A stretch of DNA of 64,000 nt from Haliotis rubra (lineage: Eukaryota). The notes under the pieces were generated by a model. The model did no database searches. It was not told the DNA's origin and saw nothing but the letters and a program-made list of their open reading frames with translations. The stretch covers positions 620,001 through 684,000 of the forward strand of contig NW_025767224.1 of the NCBI RefSeq assembly GCF_003918875.1. Reading direction: 5' to 3'. The translations under genes and the position numbers were made by a program. This document shows, piece by piece, positions 53,678 through 64,000 of this stretch (the first letter of the stretch is position 1; every line of letters begins with the position of its first letter).

Positions 53678-53862
53678 TTTGCAAAACGTATCCCCCCGAG
53701 AAACAAGGGTATCTTCTGACTATCTATTCGTGGGTATGGGTGCTGTAAGCTGTGAAGTCATATGTATCTCCTGCACTGCATATAATGTGACATCAACTGG
53801 TCGCAAATACATAGCAATGATAAACTTATGAAGATTTGCAGCTACACTCAACCACCGATTTG

Positions 53863-54092
53863 TCGAACGTATAGTTGTCTCCGACTAAAAGCTAGGTCCC
53901 TGTGTATTCCTTATTTAGGCATCCCGTTACGGTTGTGTCGAGCGTATGGTTGTCTCGAACTAAAAGCTATGTCCTGTATATTCCTTATTTAGGCATCCCG
54001 TTACGGTTGTGTCGAGCGTATGGTTGTCTCGAACTAAAAGCTATGTCCCTGTGTATTCCTTATTTAGCCATCACGTTACGGTTGTGTCGAAC
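53863..54092. repeat. ~75-bp tandem repeat (~3 copies)
   Basis: ctaaaagcta..tattccttatttag..gttacggttgtgtcga starts at 53885, 53960 and 54034. Confidence 0.85.
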
Positions 54093-54373
54093 CTCGGAAA
54101 ACTCGAAGCATCTGCCTAAGTCCCTTCAACTTCGACACAGCGGTGTTCGACTGTAGTTGGTGGGTAAGACAATTAACTCTGTCATCCCGGAGCACCGAAA
54201 TTACGTGTAATATAGATGCAAAAACTGAGACATGTATATACTGTTTTAACAGCAATTAGTTTCCCTCTAAGCTGCGTCAAACTGTTGTGATAAAGGTATT
54301 CATTTCGTCTTATGGTATTCTCAAAGCGGAACACGGTGAAAAACGAACTTTTAGGCGAAAAGAGCCCAAGAGC

Positions 54374-55945
54374 TACGGAAGCGTAGGAGGGCCACCGTGA
54401 ATTTTTTTGGGGGGTCACTATCTCCTACGTAGGACTTAGTATCTCCTACGTAGGACATACTATCTCCTACGTAGTACTTAGTATCTCCTACGTAGGACTT
54501 AGTATCTCCTACGTAGGACTTTAGTATCTCCTACGTAGGACTTACTATCTCCTACGTAGGACTTTAGTATCTCCTACGTAGGACTTACTATCTCCTACGT
54601 AGGACTTAATATATCCTTTTTAAGGATGGTTATTAAGTTGAGAAATGTTTGGCTATGCAGGACGTTAGATAGTCGAAATGTGAGTCAGTGAATATTCATG
54701 ACACTGACGCAGTGTTACTGTACAGTGTTATTGTGTGTGTATTACGTTAGGGTGACGTGGACCCTGTTCTAATTGCAGTTATGGAGGTTTGGGTATGGTT
54801 ATGTTTAATCTATCATACATACATCTATTCACACACACAAACAGACACACACACACACACACACACACACAGGGGTGGGTGGGATGGTTGGGATGAGGTT
54901 GTGATATGAAACGTGGGTTATAACACGACCTCCGCAAGTTGTTGCTTGTCTTTATAGGGCTAGGTTGGATCGGATGCAACGCTCGTTTGCGGTTTTATTC
55001 GTAATTGTTTACAGGTTGACTTGACTGGGGTGGACAAGTGTTGAGTGCGGCGTAAAACAATACGAAATTATAAAAGGCAAAGAATTGTCATTATAGTTAT
55101 TTGTATAAATATAAGGGGATGCGTGCACATAGATTGCCACCTATAGTCTAAGACACGTCTGTACACGCAAATTATGATTCATGTGCAACGACCTCTGAAA
55201 TATCCAATGCATAATAGTAAAGTGTAACAAAGTGCAACATATAACAGTAAACTAACTGCAACGCGTAATAGTAGAGCAAACTGAACGCAAGGCAGTAAAG
55301 TATAACAGTCGGTCCAAAACCGTACTAATGTGCAACAATTAGTTGAACACATGACTCTAATAGTGAAGGAAACAGTAGACTCTAATAGTAAATTGAAACA
55401 CATGATAGTAGACTCTAACAGTAAATGAAACACATAACTGTAGACTCTAATAGTGAATGAAACGAATGACTGTAGACTCTTACAGTGACTGAAACAGTGA
55501 AACAGGAGATTGTGTGCGTGTCTGGGGCTTTAAGTCGGCCGTTTCAGATTAATCCATATAAACGTATATCGATCATCTCCTACAGGAAATTTTAAGTACT
55601 ACGTAGGAGATACTAAGTCCTACGTAGGAGATACTATGTCCTACGTAGGAGATACTAAGTCCTACGTAGGAGATACTATGGCCTACGTAGGAGATACTAA
55701 GTCCTACGTAGGAGATACCCACTTAGGTGATACTAACTCCTACGTAGGAGATACTAAGTCCTACGTAGGAGATACTAACTCCTACGTAGGAGATACTATG
55801 TCCTACGTAGGAGATACTAAGTCCTACGTAGGAGATATTAAGTCCTACGTAGGCGATACTAAGTCCTACGTAGGAGATATTAAGTACTACGTAGGAGATA
55901 GTAAGACCAAAAAATATTTCACCGTGGCCCTACTACGCTTCCGTA
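54374..55945. mobile_element. Non-autonomous foldback DNA transposon with TIRs and subterminal 21-bp minisatellite arrays
   Basis: Termini TACGGAAGCGTAG..GGGCCAC.GTGAA / TTCAC.GTGGCCC..CTACGCTTCCGTA. Flanking duplication CAAGAGC at 54367-73 and 55946-52. Inverted arrays of ctacgtaggagatactaagtc at ~54418-54610 and ~55597-55900. Confidence 0.85.
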
Positions 55946-56575
55946 CAAGAGCTGATCAAGAAATAAACTGAATTATTTTAGTGTGAGACATCTTTTCAGC
56001 ACCTCCTCTTACCGCTACGGGAGATATATTACTTTGTTTTCTACTTGGTGGTCGCCCTACTCAGTGTACGAAGGACCTCGACTATGAAACATGGGCAATG
56101 TGCATAAGCCGAATATGCAGAACTATTAAGTTGTGGTAACGATATTTCTATGAATGTGTATAATTTCTGACATGTGTAAATACCATACACATAATACCAT
56201 ATGTGTATATTCATGTAATACCATATTGATTTACTTGTTGTAATGTACTTGTGAACGTTATATTTATATTCATATGCTATGGAGGAAATAAAGTATATCT
56301 ATCTATCTATCTATAATATACTTAGTTTAGGCACTTGGCTCTTCCGAGATGAAAATTATACCGGTGTGATTAGGTATGTGTTTCTCATCGCCAGGCCGTC
56401 TATGGTTTGGCCGCCGACCCGCCGAAACAATTTCTAAAAGAAAGAACCTACTATTCGTTTGTTTTGTATATCTGGCTAATTAAAACCTGGAACTTGTAAT
56501 ACCACGTGTCACGTCGTGTAATAATATACATCAGCTGTTACAACCCTGCCTTCATTGTCATCCACAGATTCCAGA

Positions 56576-57592
56576 ATGGGGTATTCCTCCACACCGACGT
56601 TGTCGTGGACATTCTGTGTGACGGTATGTTTCTGTGTATTGACCAACACAGACGGGATGAGTGTCTGGCGTAGCAGGTCAGACGCATTGACTAACGGGAA
56701 ACATGGCTCATTCTGCTTCCGGCACATCTGTGAGTGTTCGGGGCCATTGGCTAACTGTGGGTTTGGTCACCTGACTTTTATTCCAAGCTTGTGGGACAAC
56801 ATTACTCAGCTGAACTTCACAGACAACAGCTTGCATCGGATATCGAGGGCTACGTTCGCCAACATCACACATTTGAAACTGGATTTCCTGTCTCTTGCGT
56901 GGAACAAAATAAGGAACATTTCTGATGACGCTTTATCTGTACTGGTTGAGCTTAAACACTTGGACCTCACCGGAAATGATCTTCTTACCACGACAGATCT
57001 AGCGACGGCTTTTCATGGTCTCGATAATACACCTCTCCAAAGTCTGACATTACGTGCTATGAAGTTGAAGCATATACCAGTGGACATGTTTCATGGGATG
57101 AGGAATAACACACTCAAATATCTTGTCCTAGAGAGAAACCATCTACAGGAATATAACCAAGAACCGTTTTCAGTACTCAGGAATATACGTGTTATAGAAT
57201 TAGGGGGTAACAACATACGGTCATTGAAGTGGGGCCATTCTCCCCATCTGAGCAGTCTATCGCTTCCTGGCAACAGAATCACAGAGGTTCCATCCTTCTG
57301 TGGTTTCAACTCAAGCTTTTATCCCATGTTAAAGAGACTTGCTCTAGAACACAACCTTTTAACGGACATGAGGCCACACATGTTCAGATGTTTACCACAC
57401 ATCAACGTTTTGGGACTCAATGATAACCCTATAGAAGGGATTGAAACTAACACCTTTTCAGAATTATCCACACTCAAAACTATCTTTCTACAAAATCTTA
57501 AAGGATCAACATTTTTCATCAAGAATTATGCGTTCAATAATAGTAACATCCAACGCATCAGTATGAAAGGTACTCGGATTGTATACCGCTAA
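56576..57592 (+). CDS. Leucine-rich-repeat protein, Toll-like-receptor-type ectodomain, truncated (no LRRCT/TM/TIR); possible pseudogene
   Basis: Intronless ORF with a likely ATG at 56576. It has a hydrophobic signal-like N-terminus, a Cys cap (CFRHICECSGPLANC) and about 10 LxxLxLxxN repeats. It ends abruptly mid-LRR, where AT-rich non-coding sequence begins. Confidence 0.8.
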   Translation: MGYSSTPTLSWTFCVTVCFCVLTNTDGMSVWRSRSDALTNGKHGSFCFRHICECSGPLANCGFGHLTFIPSLWDNITQLNFTDNSLHRISRATFANITHLKLDFLSLAWNKIRNISDDALSVLVELKHLDLTGNDLLTTTDLATAFHGLDNTPLQSLTLRAMKLKHIPVDMFHGMRNNTLKYLVLERNHLQEYNQEPFSVLRNIRVIELGGNNIRSLKWGHSPHLSSLSLPGNRITEVPSFCGFNSSFYPMLKRLALEHNLLTDMRPHMFRCLPHINVLGLNDNPIEGIETNTFSELSTLKTIFLQNLKGSTFFIKNYAFNNSNIQRISMKGTRIVYR

Positions 57593-58168
57593 AAATGAAT
57601 CAATATCGAATGCATTTCTTAACAATATACTGTTCCGTACATCATCCAAAATAGAAGGAATGTTGCAAATTTCATATTTCGCGCCCATTAGCAAACAGTC
57701 AAAATCTTACAGTATATTATATTTTCCACCAATCGGATGGCCCAAATCAGTTTCTGCGGATATGCTCAGATCACTTGAAAGTCAAGGCCATCTATGGCGG
57801 ACAAGTGGTTTTGTAGAAAATGCCTGCTTACTGTCGAGGAAATGATTTGTAGATGTTGCAATACGTTTTTAGACCCTTGGAAGGCCGCTGCCGATCGAAT
57901 CTAGCCCTACACAGGTGCTGTCAACGTGGCTGGAATTAATTGGTCATGATTCAAATACATATTTAACTACGAATAGAAAGAAGTTTTGATTTTCTAACTT
58001 GATGAAAACAAATCATAATCTCATTAATTCAAACAGACTTTAGCCCGTGACTTCACGATTTTTTATAATGGCGGCGCCCTGTCGCGAACTTCCGCCAGTC
58101 TGAGAATAAATGCTATTTAGGTTTGTTTTCACCGAGTTACAAAATCAAACTACTTTCTACTGGTAGTA

Positions 58169-58334
58169 GGGGCGGTGGGGTAGCCTAGTGGTTAAAGCGT
58201 TGGCTCGTCACGCCGAAGACCCGGGTTCGAATCCCCACATGTGTACATTGTGTGAAGCCTATTTCTGGTGTCCCCCGTCGTGATGTTGCTGGAATATTGC
58301 TAAAAGCGGCGTAAAACCAATCTCAGTCAGTCAG
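58169..58334 (+). mobile_element. SINE family 1 with 13-bp TSD, in the left arm of the large palindrome
   Basis: TSD tctactggtagta at 58156-68 and 58335-47. The right arm shows the empty site (tactaccagtaga near 59474). Confidence 0.92.
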
Positions 58335-59053
58335 TCTACTGGTAGTAAAATAGGTATTTGATTGATGGCCAATAGGACTTTGCATGACATAGCTTATAAC
58401 AATTTCCCTCGTGGAAGCGAGGTGGGTGTGAATATTATACTACTTACAATATTATTGTCACTTCGACCACAACCTCGCTTCCGAGGAAGAAATCGTTATG
58501 TTACAAGTTGTGTCATGGAAAATCTTTTTGGTCATCAGTAATATACATATTTTACTGCAACTAGTAAGTATTTTTGATTCTTTAACTTCCGTGAAGCGAT
58601 CTGAACACAAGTAAGATATCGTTCCAGGCTGCAGTGCTCTGGCGACAGAGTTCCGTAACCTCCCTGTGGTTTCGTTGGCGGGCGAGAGTGAAGCAGGCGA
58701 CTTTTTAGCAACTTTAATTGCTCGGTATTAATTAACGACAAGTTTTTTAAAGAACCACTAAACTTTGTTTTTTGTTACTCTTTTAACCATTACATATGAA
58801 AGATTTGTGGTTAGTCTTATGCGAAACACCAAATTTATTCTTTAAAAACTTGTGGTTAATTAATACCAAGCGATTAAAAGTGGCCAAAAAGTCGCCTGCT
58901 TCCTCTCGCCCGCCAACGAAACCACAGACAGGTTACGTAACTCTGTCGCCAGAGCACTGCAGTGACGTCATATGAGGAACGATTTTCAGTTAGTTGTATA
59001 GAAAATGTGTAGCACGCTCATCATTTTGATGATTTCTCGACATCAACGACGAC

Positions 59054-59230
59054 ATGCCGAATCGTTGCTTTGTCGTCAGTTGCTCCTAGGGGTCGGGCGA
59101 TGGTGTCCCCATGTACAGATTTCCACAGGACCCCGCAGTTCGTGCTAAATGGGTTATGTTTGTGAGTGCGAAGCGAGCGTTGTGGAAGCCTTAAACGATA
59201 TCTTACTTGTGTTCAGATCGCTTCACGGAA
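59054..59230 (+). pseudogene. THAP zinc-finger domain remnant (transposon-derived)
   Basis: In-frame MPNRCFVVSCS*GSGDGVPMYRFPQDPAVRAKWVMFVSAKRALWKP*TISYLCSDRFTE matches the THAP pattern C-x4-C..FP..W..W-x-P..LCSxHF. It has two stops and an H>R change. Confidence 0.75.
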
Positions 59231-61348
59231 GTTAAAGAATCAAAACTACTTACTAGTTGTAGTAAAATATGCATATGATTGATGACCATAAAGATTTTCT
59301 ATGACACAACTTGTAACATAACGATTTCTTCCTCGAAGTGAGGTTGTGGTCGAAGTAACAATAATATTGTAAGTAGTATTATATTGACACCCACCTCGCT
59401 GCCAGGAGAGAAATTGTTATGATATACGCTATGTCATGCAAAATCCTATTGGCCATCAATAAAATACATATTTTACTACCAGTAGAAAGTAGTTTGATTT
59501 TGTAACTCGGTGAAAACAAACCTAAATAGCATTTATCCTCAGACTGGCGGATGTTCCCGACAGGGCGCCGCCATTTTAAAACTAAAAAAATCTGTTAGAA
59601 TTAATGAGATTATAGTTTGTTTTCATCAAGTTAGAAAATCAAGACTACTTTCTACTCGTTGTTAAATATGTATTGGAATCATAACCAAACGGATTTTGCA
59701 TGACACAACTTATAACATAACGATTTCTTCCACGGAAGCGAGGTGGGGGTCGAAGTCACAATACTGCGCGATAAATTTCTTGTTACATTCCCATGGTTAA
59801 TGTCCACTCACCAGTATGTAGATACTAGTCAATGTGCGTCTTTAAATTTGGTCTTATAATCCTAATTAGTTTATTATCATACTTGTATGCATTTTGAAAC
59901 TAAATAAAAAGCAGACGATCTGCTGATACTTATAGTGAATTTATAACAGAACTGTAATATCTAGACATTTTATAGTTTGCCAATGTGAATCATAATTCGC
60001 ACACACACCCTAGTGCATGTTGTCTGTCTCATTACACTTCACGGCGAAAACAATGATTCTGTTGAATGCTACGACAAATGAATAAAAACAAAATGCAAAT
60101 ATTAAAATTAAAACAGATTAAAGTTATAGGAACAATATCAGGCCATTACCTTGTTCGAGGAATGTATCCATCAATATCCACAAAACTGTTCCAAATGATG
60201 TGTCTTTTAACAGTTTAATATACGAAAAAGTGATAAATCTTTTCAGGTATTGGTGTATAGTCTCATTGGTCACCCAAGATAGCACACCTGGCAACTAATT
60301 GCATAATGTCCGCCTTTCTTTAAAAACAGTAATTTAGTTAGCCAATAATGGGCAATCAATCAATGCATTGCCGGTTAATCCTTTGAAAGAAGGACGTTGT
60401 TTACACGACAGTGTATTCAGTATAGATTAGTAAATCTACATACATAAACACTACCTTTTGACAATTCCGCTGTGTAAGATAAAAGTAATTAATCAATCAG
60501 CGTGTTATCGGTTAATCCTTTGATCGATGTTTATAATGTTGAATATTTACTCCAGACACAAGAAATGCCAAATGGGAACCTTTGTCGGGTAATTTAAGTG
60601 TGTTACCACTAATTATACCTGTTATAAATTCATTAACTGACCATCAAGTGAATGATGACAAATAACATGTGTAGTATTAATTGCTGTATTGCATGTGAAA
60701 ATGTGCTTATTGCATGGAATGGGCCGACACTGTTTTGAGAATACAAACAGATTTTTTACATGACATGATTAAATATCGAGGTAAAAAAACACAGAAATGG
60801 GATCAATTTAGATCAGTCATTATACAAATAGGGCCTAAGGACACCAATCGATTTTGACAGAATCGTCTATGAAAACAAGTTGTAACTCGGAAACTAGGCA
60901 AAGCAGGAGACAAAATTAAATGACAGTAGATTGTGAGAACATATAGCTTTCATTTTCCACAACAATTGTCACGATTTCAGGTTTATACAAGCCTGTAAAC
61001 AAGATAATTTAACCCCTAAAATGTAGATGAATTCTGCACAGGCCCTCCAAGCTATTCCTCATATGACGTCACAGAGGCGCGCCGCTCTGATTGGTTGAAA
61101 TTTCGTTCGCGGGTGAGAATTGTGCACTGTTGTCAAAAAGGTCGATTTAAGTCAATTAAAGGTCGAAATGAGTAGTTTTAATGACGGGGTTTCATTTATA
61201 ACGATGCGAGTTAGTGATTTAAGTATTTTTACCCCCTAGGGTTTATGTGACCTTTAAGAACGAATTTGGTGTTCCGCTTACGACTAATCACACCCCTTCC
61301 ATATGTTATGGTTAAAAGAGTACAAAAAACAAAAGTTTATTCGTTCTT

Positions 61349-61612
61349 TAAGTCTGGGCTAGGCCAAGCAGCCACACATACACAAGCATGTACATCGTCC
61401 TATGAGCGACACGTTTTATAGTGCAACTCACTGAGATACCATGCCGCAATTAAACATGAATACCCCACTCAGTCACATTACACTGACTCCGAACCGACCA
61501 GTCCTTGTTTTACCAAACAATGCCGAGCGCCAGACAGGGACCAACAAGTACCATATTTTAACGTCTTTTAGTACGACGCGGTCGGGGATCGAGCCCGCGA
61601 CCTTCCGCTCTC
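61349..61612 (-). mobile_element. SINE family 3 with an inverted 3' segment
   Basis: 61412-61612 is the 5' part on the minus strand. 61349-61411 is the next part of the family sequence, but on the plus strand. Confidence 0.75.
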
Positions 61613-61689
61613 GTAATACGACGAACCAGTTAGGATCCAATAAGTAGCTCCTAAGAGATCATTTACTATTAGCAGTTAAGACACCAAAT

Positions 61690-62200
61690 TAGAAACAAAT
61701 TGGTGAATGTGGCCATAAGCTGGGTTACCAAAGTAAGAAACATTTTATGCTCTAATGTATTAATGTATGTATGGGCAAATCAAGGGGTACAAAATATAAA
61801 CTTATTTCTCCAAGAATTTAAACAAAGAATGAGAGATCTATTCATATCAGATTGGTTTAATTCAATCCATAACTAACTACAAAACTACAAATTGTTTAAG
61901 TATAGATTTGAAACTGAAGAGTATATAAACTCATTACAAATAAATAGGTTTTGTCAAACTGTCGTTGTGTGCAATTGAAATAGAAACTGGTAGGATGAAC
62001 GGTGTTGAGAGCAAAGACTGTGTAAATTATGGAAATCGGGAAATATAGAGGATGAATACCACTTTCTTTTGGGTTGTAGATCATTTTCAAACATTAGAAA
62101 ACAATATATCAATGTCACAACAATTTCTATACATCAGTTTGTTTACCTAATGTCAAACAAAAATGAAAGCACTATTAAAAATGTTTCAATGCATTTAACA
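61690..62200 (+). mobile_element. Decayed 3' fragment of a non-LTR retrotransposon (RTE-X/CR1-group-like ORF2 C-terminus)
   Basis: Frameshifted peptides SWVTKVRNILCSNVLMYVWANQG..FLQEFKQRMRDLFISDW and IEIETGR..QRLCKLWKSGNIEDEYHFLLGCRSFSNIRKQYI. Confidence 0.75.
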
Positions 62201-62379
62201 TCATGCCATGAATTATAGAACTTCTATATTATTACCACACACGTGGATTATTGTATCAATATATTACCCCACATATGAATATGCATATTTTACGCATGTG
62301 AAATGCTATCATATTGTCTATGTAATCTATGTTGTAATAGGCCGTTGGCCTAAATATCAACTGAAATAAAGAAACAAAC

Positions 62380-62470
62380 TGATCACTGGATTGTCTGATC
62401 CAGACTTGATTATTTTCAGACCGCCGCCATATAACCAGAATATTGCTGCGTGCCGCATTAAACAACAAAC
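62380..62470 (+). mobile_element. SINE family 2, 3' part
   Basis: tgatcactggattgtctgatccagac..gaatattgctg..ttaaacaacaaac. Confidence 0.75.
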
Positions 62471-62870
62471 GAACACAGTTCGACACAACGGTGTTCGGCT
62501 GTAGCAAAGTTTTAAATTGTAGGAGCAGGTTTAATACTTCCACCTTTCTCCCTGCCACGTAGGCCCTGCTGTGGCTGTTGTCTGGTTTGATTCTTCCTCG
62601 CTCGTCTTTGGCTCTGAAACAAAAAAGGGGAAGCTGCAGATGAGGCATTCCTGCCATGTACGGGCCAATATTGAAGGCGTGGAGGAGTAGATTTGTCTTT
62701 TCATCCTCGGGATTTGTCTCGTGAAAGCAACAAGAGTCGTTTATATATGGACATTCTGTATTCTGTGATTACAGTGACTGCCATACATCTTCATTAGAAT
62801 GTGCTGCTGTTCGGAAACGATTGTTTTTAACTTTGTATATATTTTCTGAAAAGATGAACCGCGTAATGTT

Positions 62871-63012
62871 TGAAGATCCGAGTTAGAATTGGTCTTCAGC
62901 AACCAATGCTTGTAAGATGCGACTAACGGGATTGGGCGGCCATGCTCACTGACATGGATAATACATGTCATCGTATCTTAGTTGTGTAGATATCGATGCC
63001 CATGCTGTTGAT
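62871..63012 (+). mobile_element. SINE family 2, 5' part
   Basis: tgaagatccgagttagaattggtcttcagcaacc..gcgactaacgggat matches 6652ff. Confidence 0.8.
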
Positions 63013-63527
63013 AGACTAATATTCCCATAATATCTAGTATGTCCAACGAAATCACCTTGTTGATGACCGCTGGATTAGCCTACCGCCTCTAATTCCTTCT
63101 TCAATTGTTTCTTCATTGTCACCAAAGCTTCGAGTGGAATTACAACATTGCAAATAAATATACCAACGTGAATGTCATTAAGGAAAACCAAGTTCTATGA
63201 ATAGTCATTCAGTGAATGCCATTCACGTGATTTAGTAATTGGCTGGCGTGAGTGCCTTTGAATGTCGCGCTGAGACAAATATATCCAAGAAAGCCCACGC
63301 TAGAGTCTAGAAAATGTGGCAAGTCTAGATTGCCACAGCTTCTGAAAATGGAGAAAGTCTCAGGGCTCCTTTTCATTATAGTTTATTCTTTTTACTATGA
63401 GCTTTTTTTCTGTAAAATATGTTCATTTCAGAGACTAGTTGTTAGTCTAACTGCATATATGCAGAGTAAGATATTGAAGTGATAATCCTCTACAAATCTT
63501 TATATGGAATGGCTGGAATGTACATAC

Positions 63528-63691
63528 CTGGTGAGACTGTAGCCTGATTCCCAGGGGATGACACCCCCCTGACTGTGTTGTTTACGCACTGCCGTTTGCA
63601 TGCAATGAGTAAGTAACAAAATAGAATCAGACAGGAAAATGCAATCCCCACATACTTCATGATAATCCCGATGTTGATGCTTGACGAGGAT
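63528..63691 (-). CDS. Candidate exon encoding a transmembrane or signal-anchor segment of an unidentified gene
   Basis: Polypyrimidine-TAG acceptor and CAG/GTATGT donor flank an open frame ...IIMKYVGIAFSCLILFCYLLIACKRQC... A possible downstream acceptor (ttttttgtttcag) lies near 62612. No family recognised. Confidence 0.3.
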
Positions 63692-64000
63692 CTACAAGGG
63701 AATAAAATAGTCTGATGTGTAAAAGAAACTAAACTGATGCTCCGAGAAACAAGTGAAAAAACAAAACATTCAGGCGCGAAGCAAGCCATTTTTTTCGTCT
63801 AAGCCCGATAGGTTACAAAGCTTCATAGTTATGCTAAACGTCATTAGTGAAGGGTCACCTATATAATTTGATGATTTAATTTACAGCAGTTTTCATCAAT
63901 GTTGATAATGGCTTTGTAGTCTCCTAGCCATTAATTAACATTGCACTAGACCTTACTTTGTCGCATGCTCTCCTAGCCATTGATTAACATTGCACTAGAC

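Larger units (their letters stand above)
57941..59688. mobile_element. Large nested inverted repeat (foldback) containing a dead THAP-domain fragment
   Basis: Arms ~57941-58755 and ~58838-59688 are imperfect reverse complements, with a ~80-bp spacer. No TSD was found. Confidence 0.8.

Overview
Eukaryotic, AT-rich, repeat-dense genomic DNA. It is probably a mollusc, most likely a gastropod; this is inferred from the SINE families, the animal-type USP genes and a Toll-like LRR ectodomain. The main content is a tandem cluster of at least four intron-containing universal stress protein (USP/UspA-domain) genes, all on the minus strand and largely missed by the ORF track. Three could be assembled completely by hand from GT-AG exons with identical intron positions and phases (1,1,0). 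Only exon 1 of the fourth was found, so the rest probably lies beyond the left edge. Also present: a truncated intronless Toll-like-receptor-type LRR ORF (56.6-57.6 kb), three decayed Tc1-type transposons, many SINEs of at least 3 families (several with clean TSDs), MITEs/foldback elements, several minisatellites, a LINE 3' fragment and an assembly gap. The most unusual items are a 362-bp TRIM-like mini LTR element whose LTRs carry a tRNA-Arg(TCG)-derived sequence, a 1.75-kb recursively nested palindrome containing a dead THAP domain, a SINE family whose 5' end lacks a tRNA head but can fold into a pseudoknot, and a 66-codon in-frame extension behind the TGA stop of one USP gene. All calls were made by eye, without database searches.
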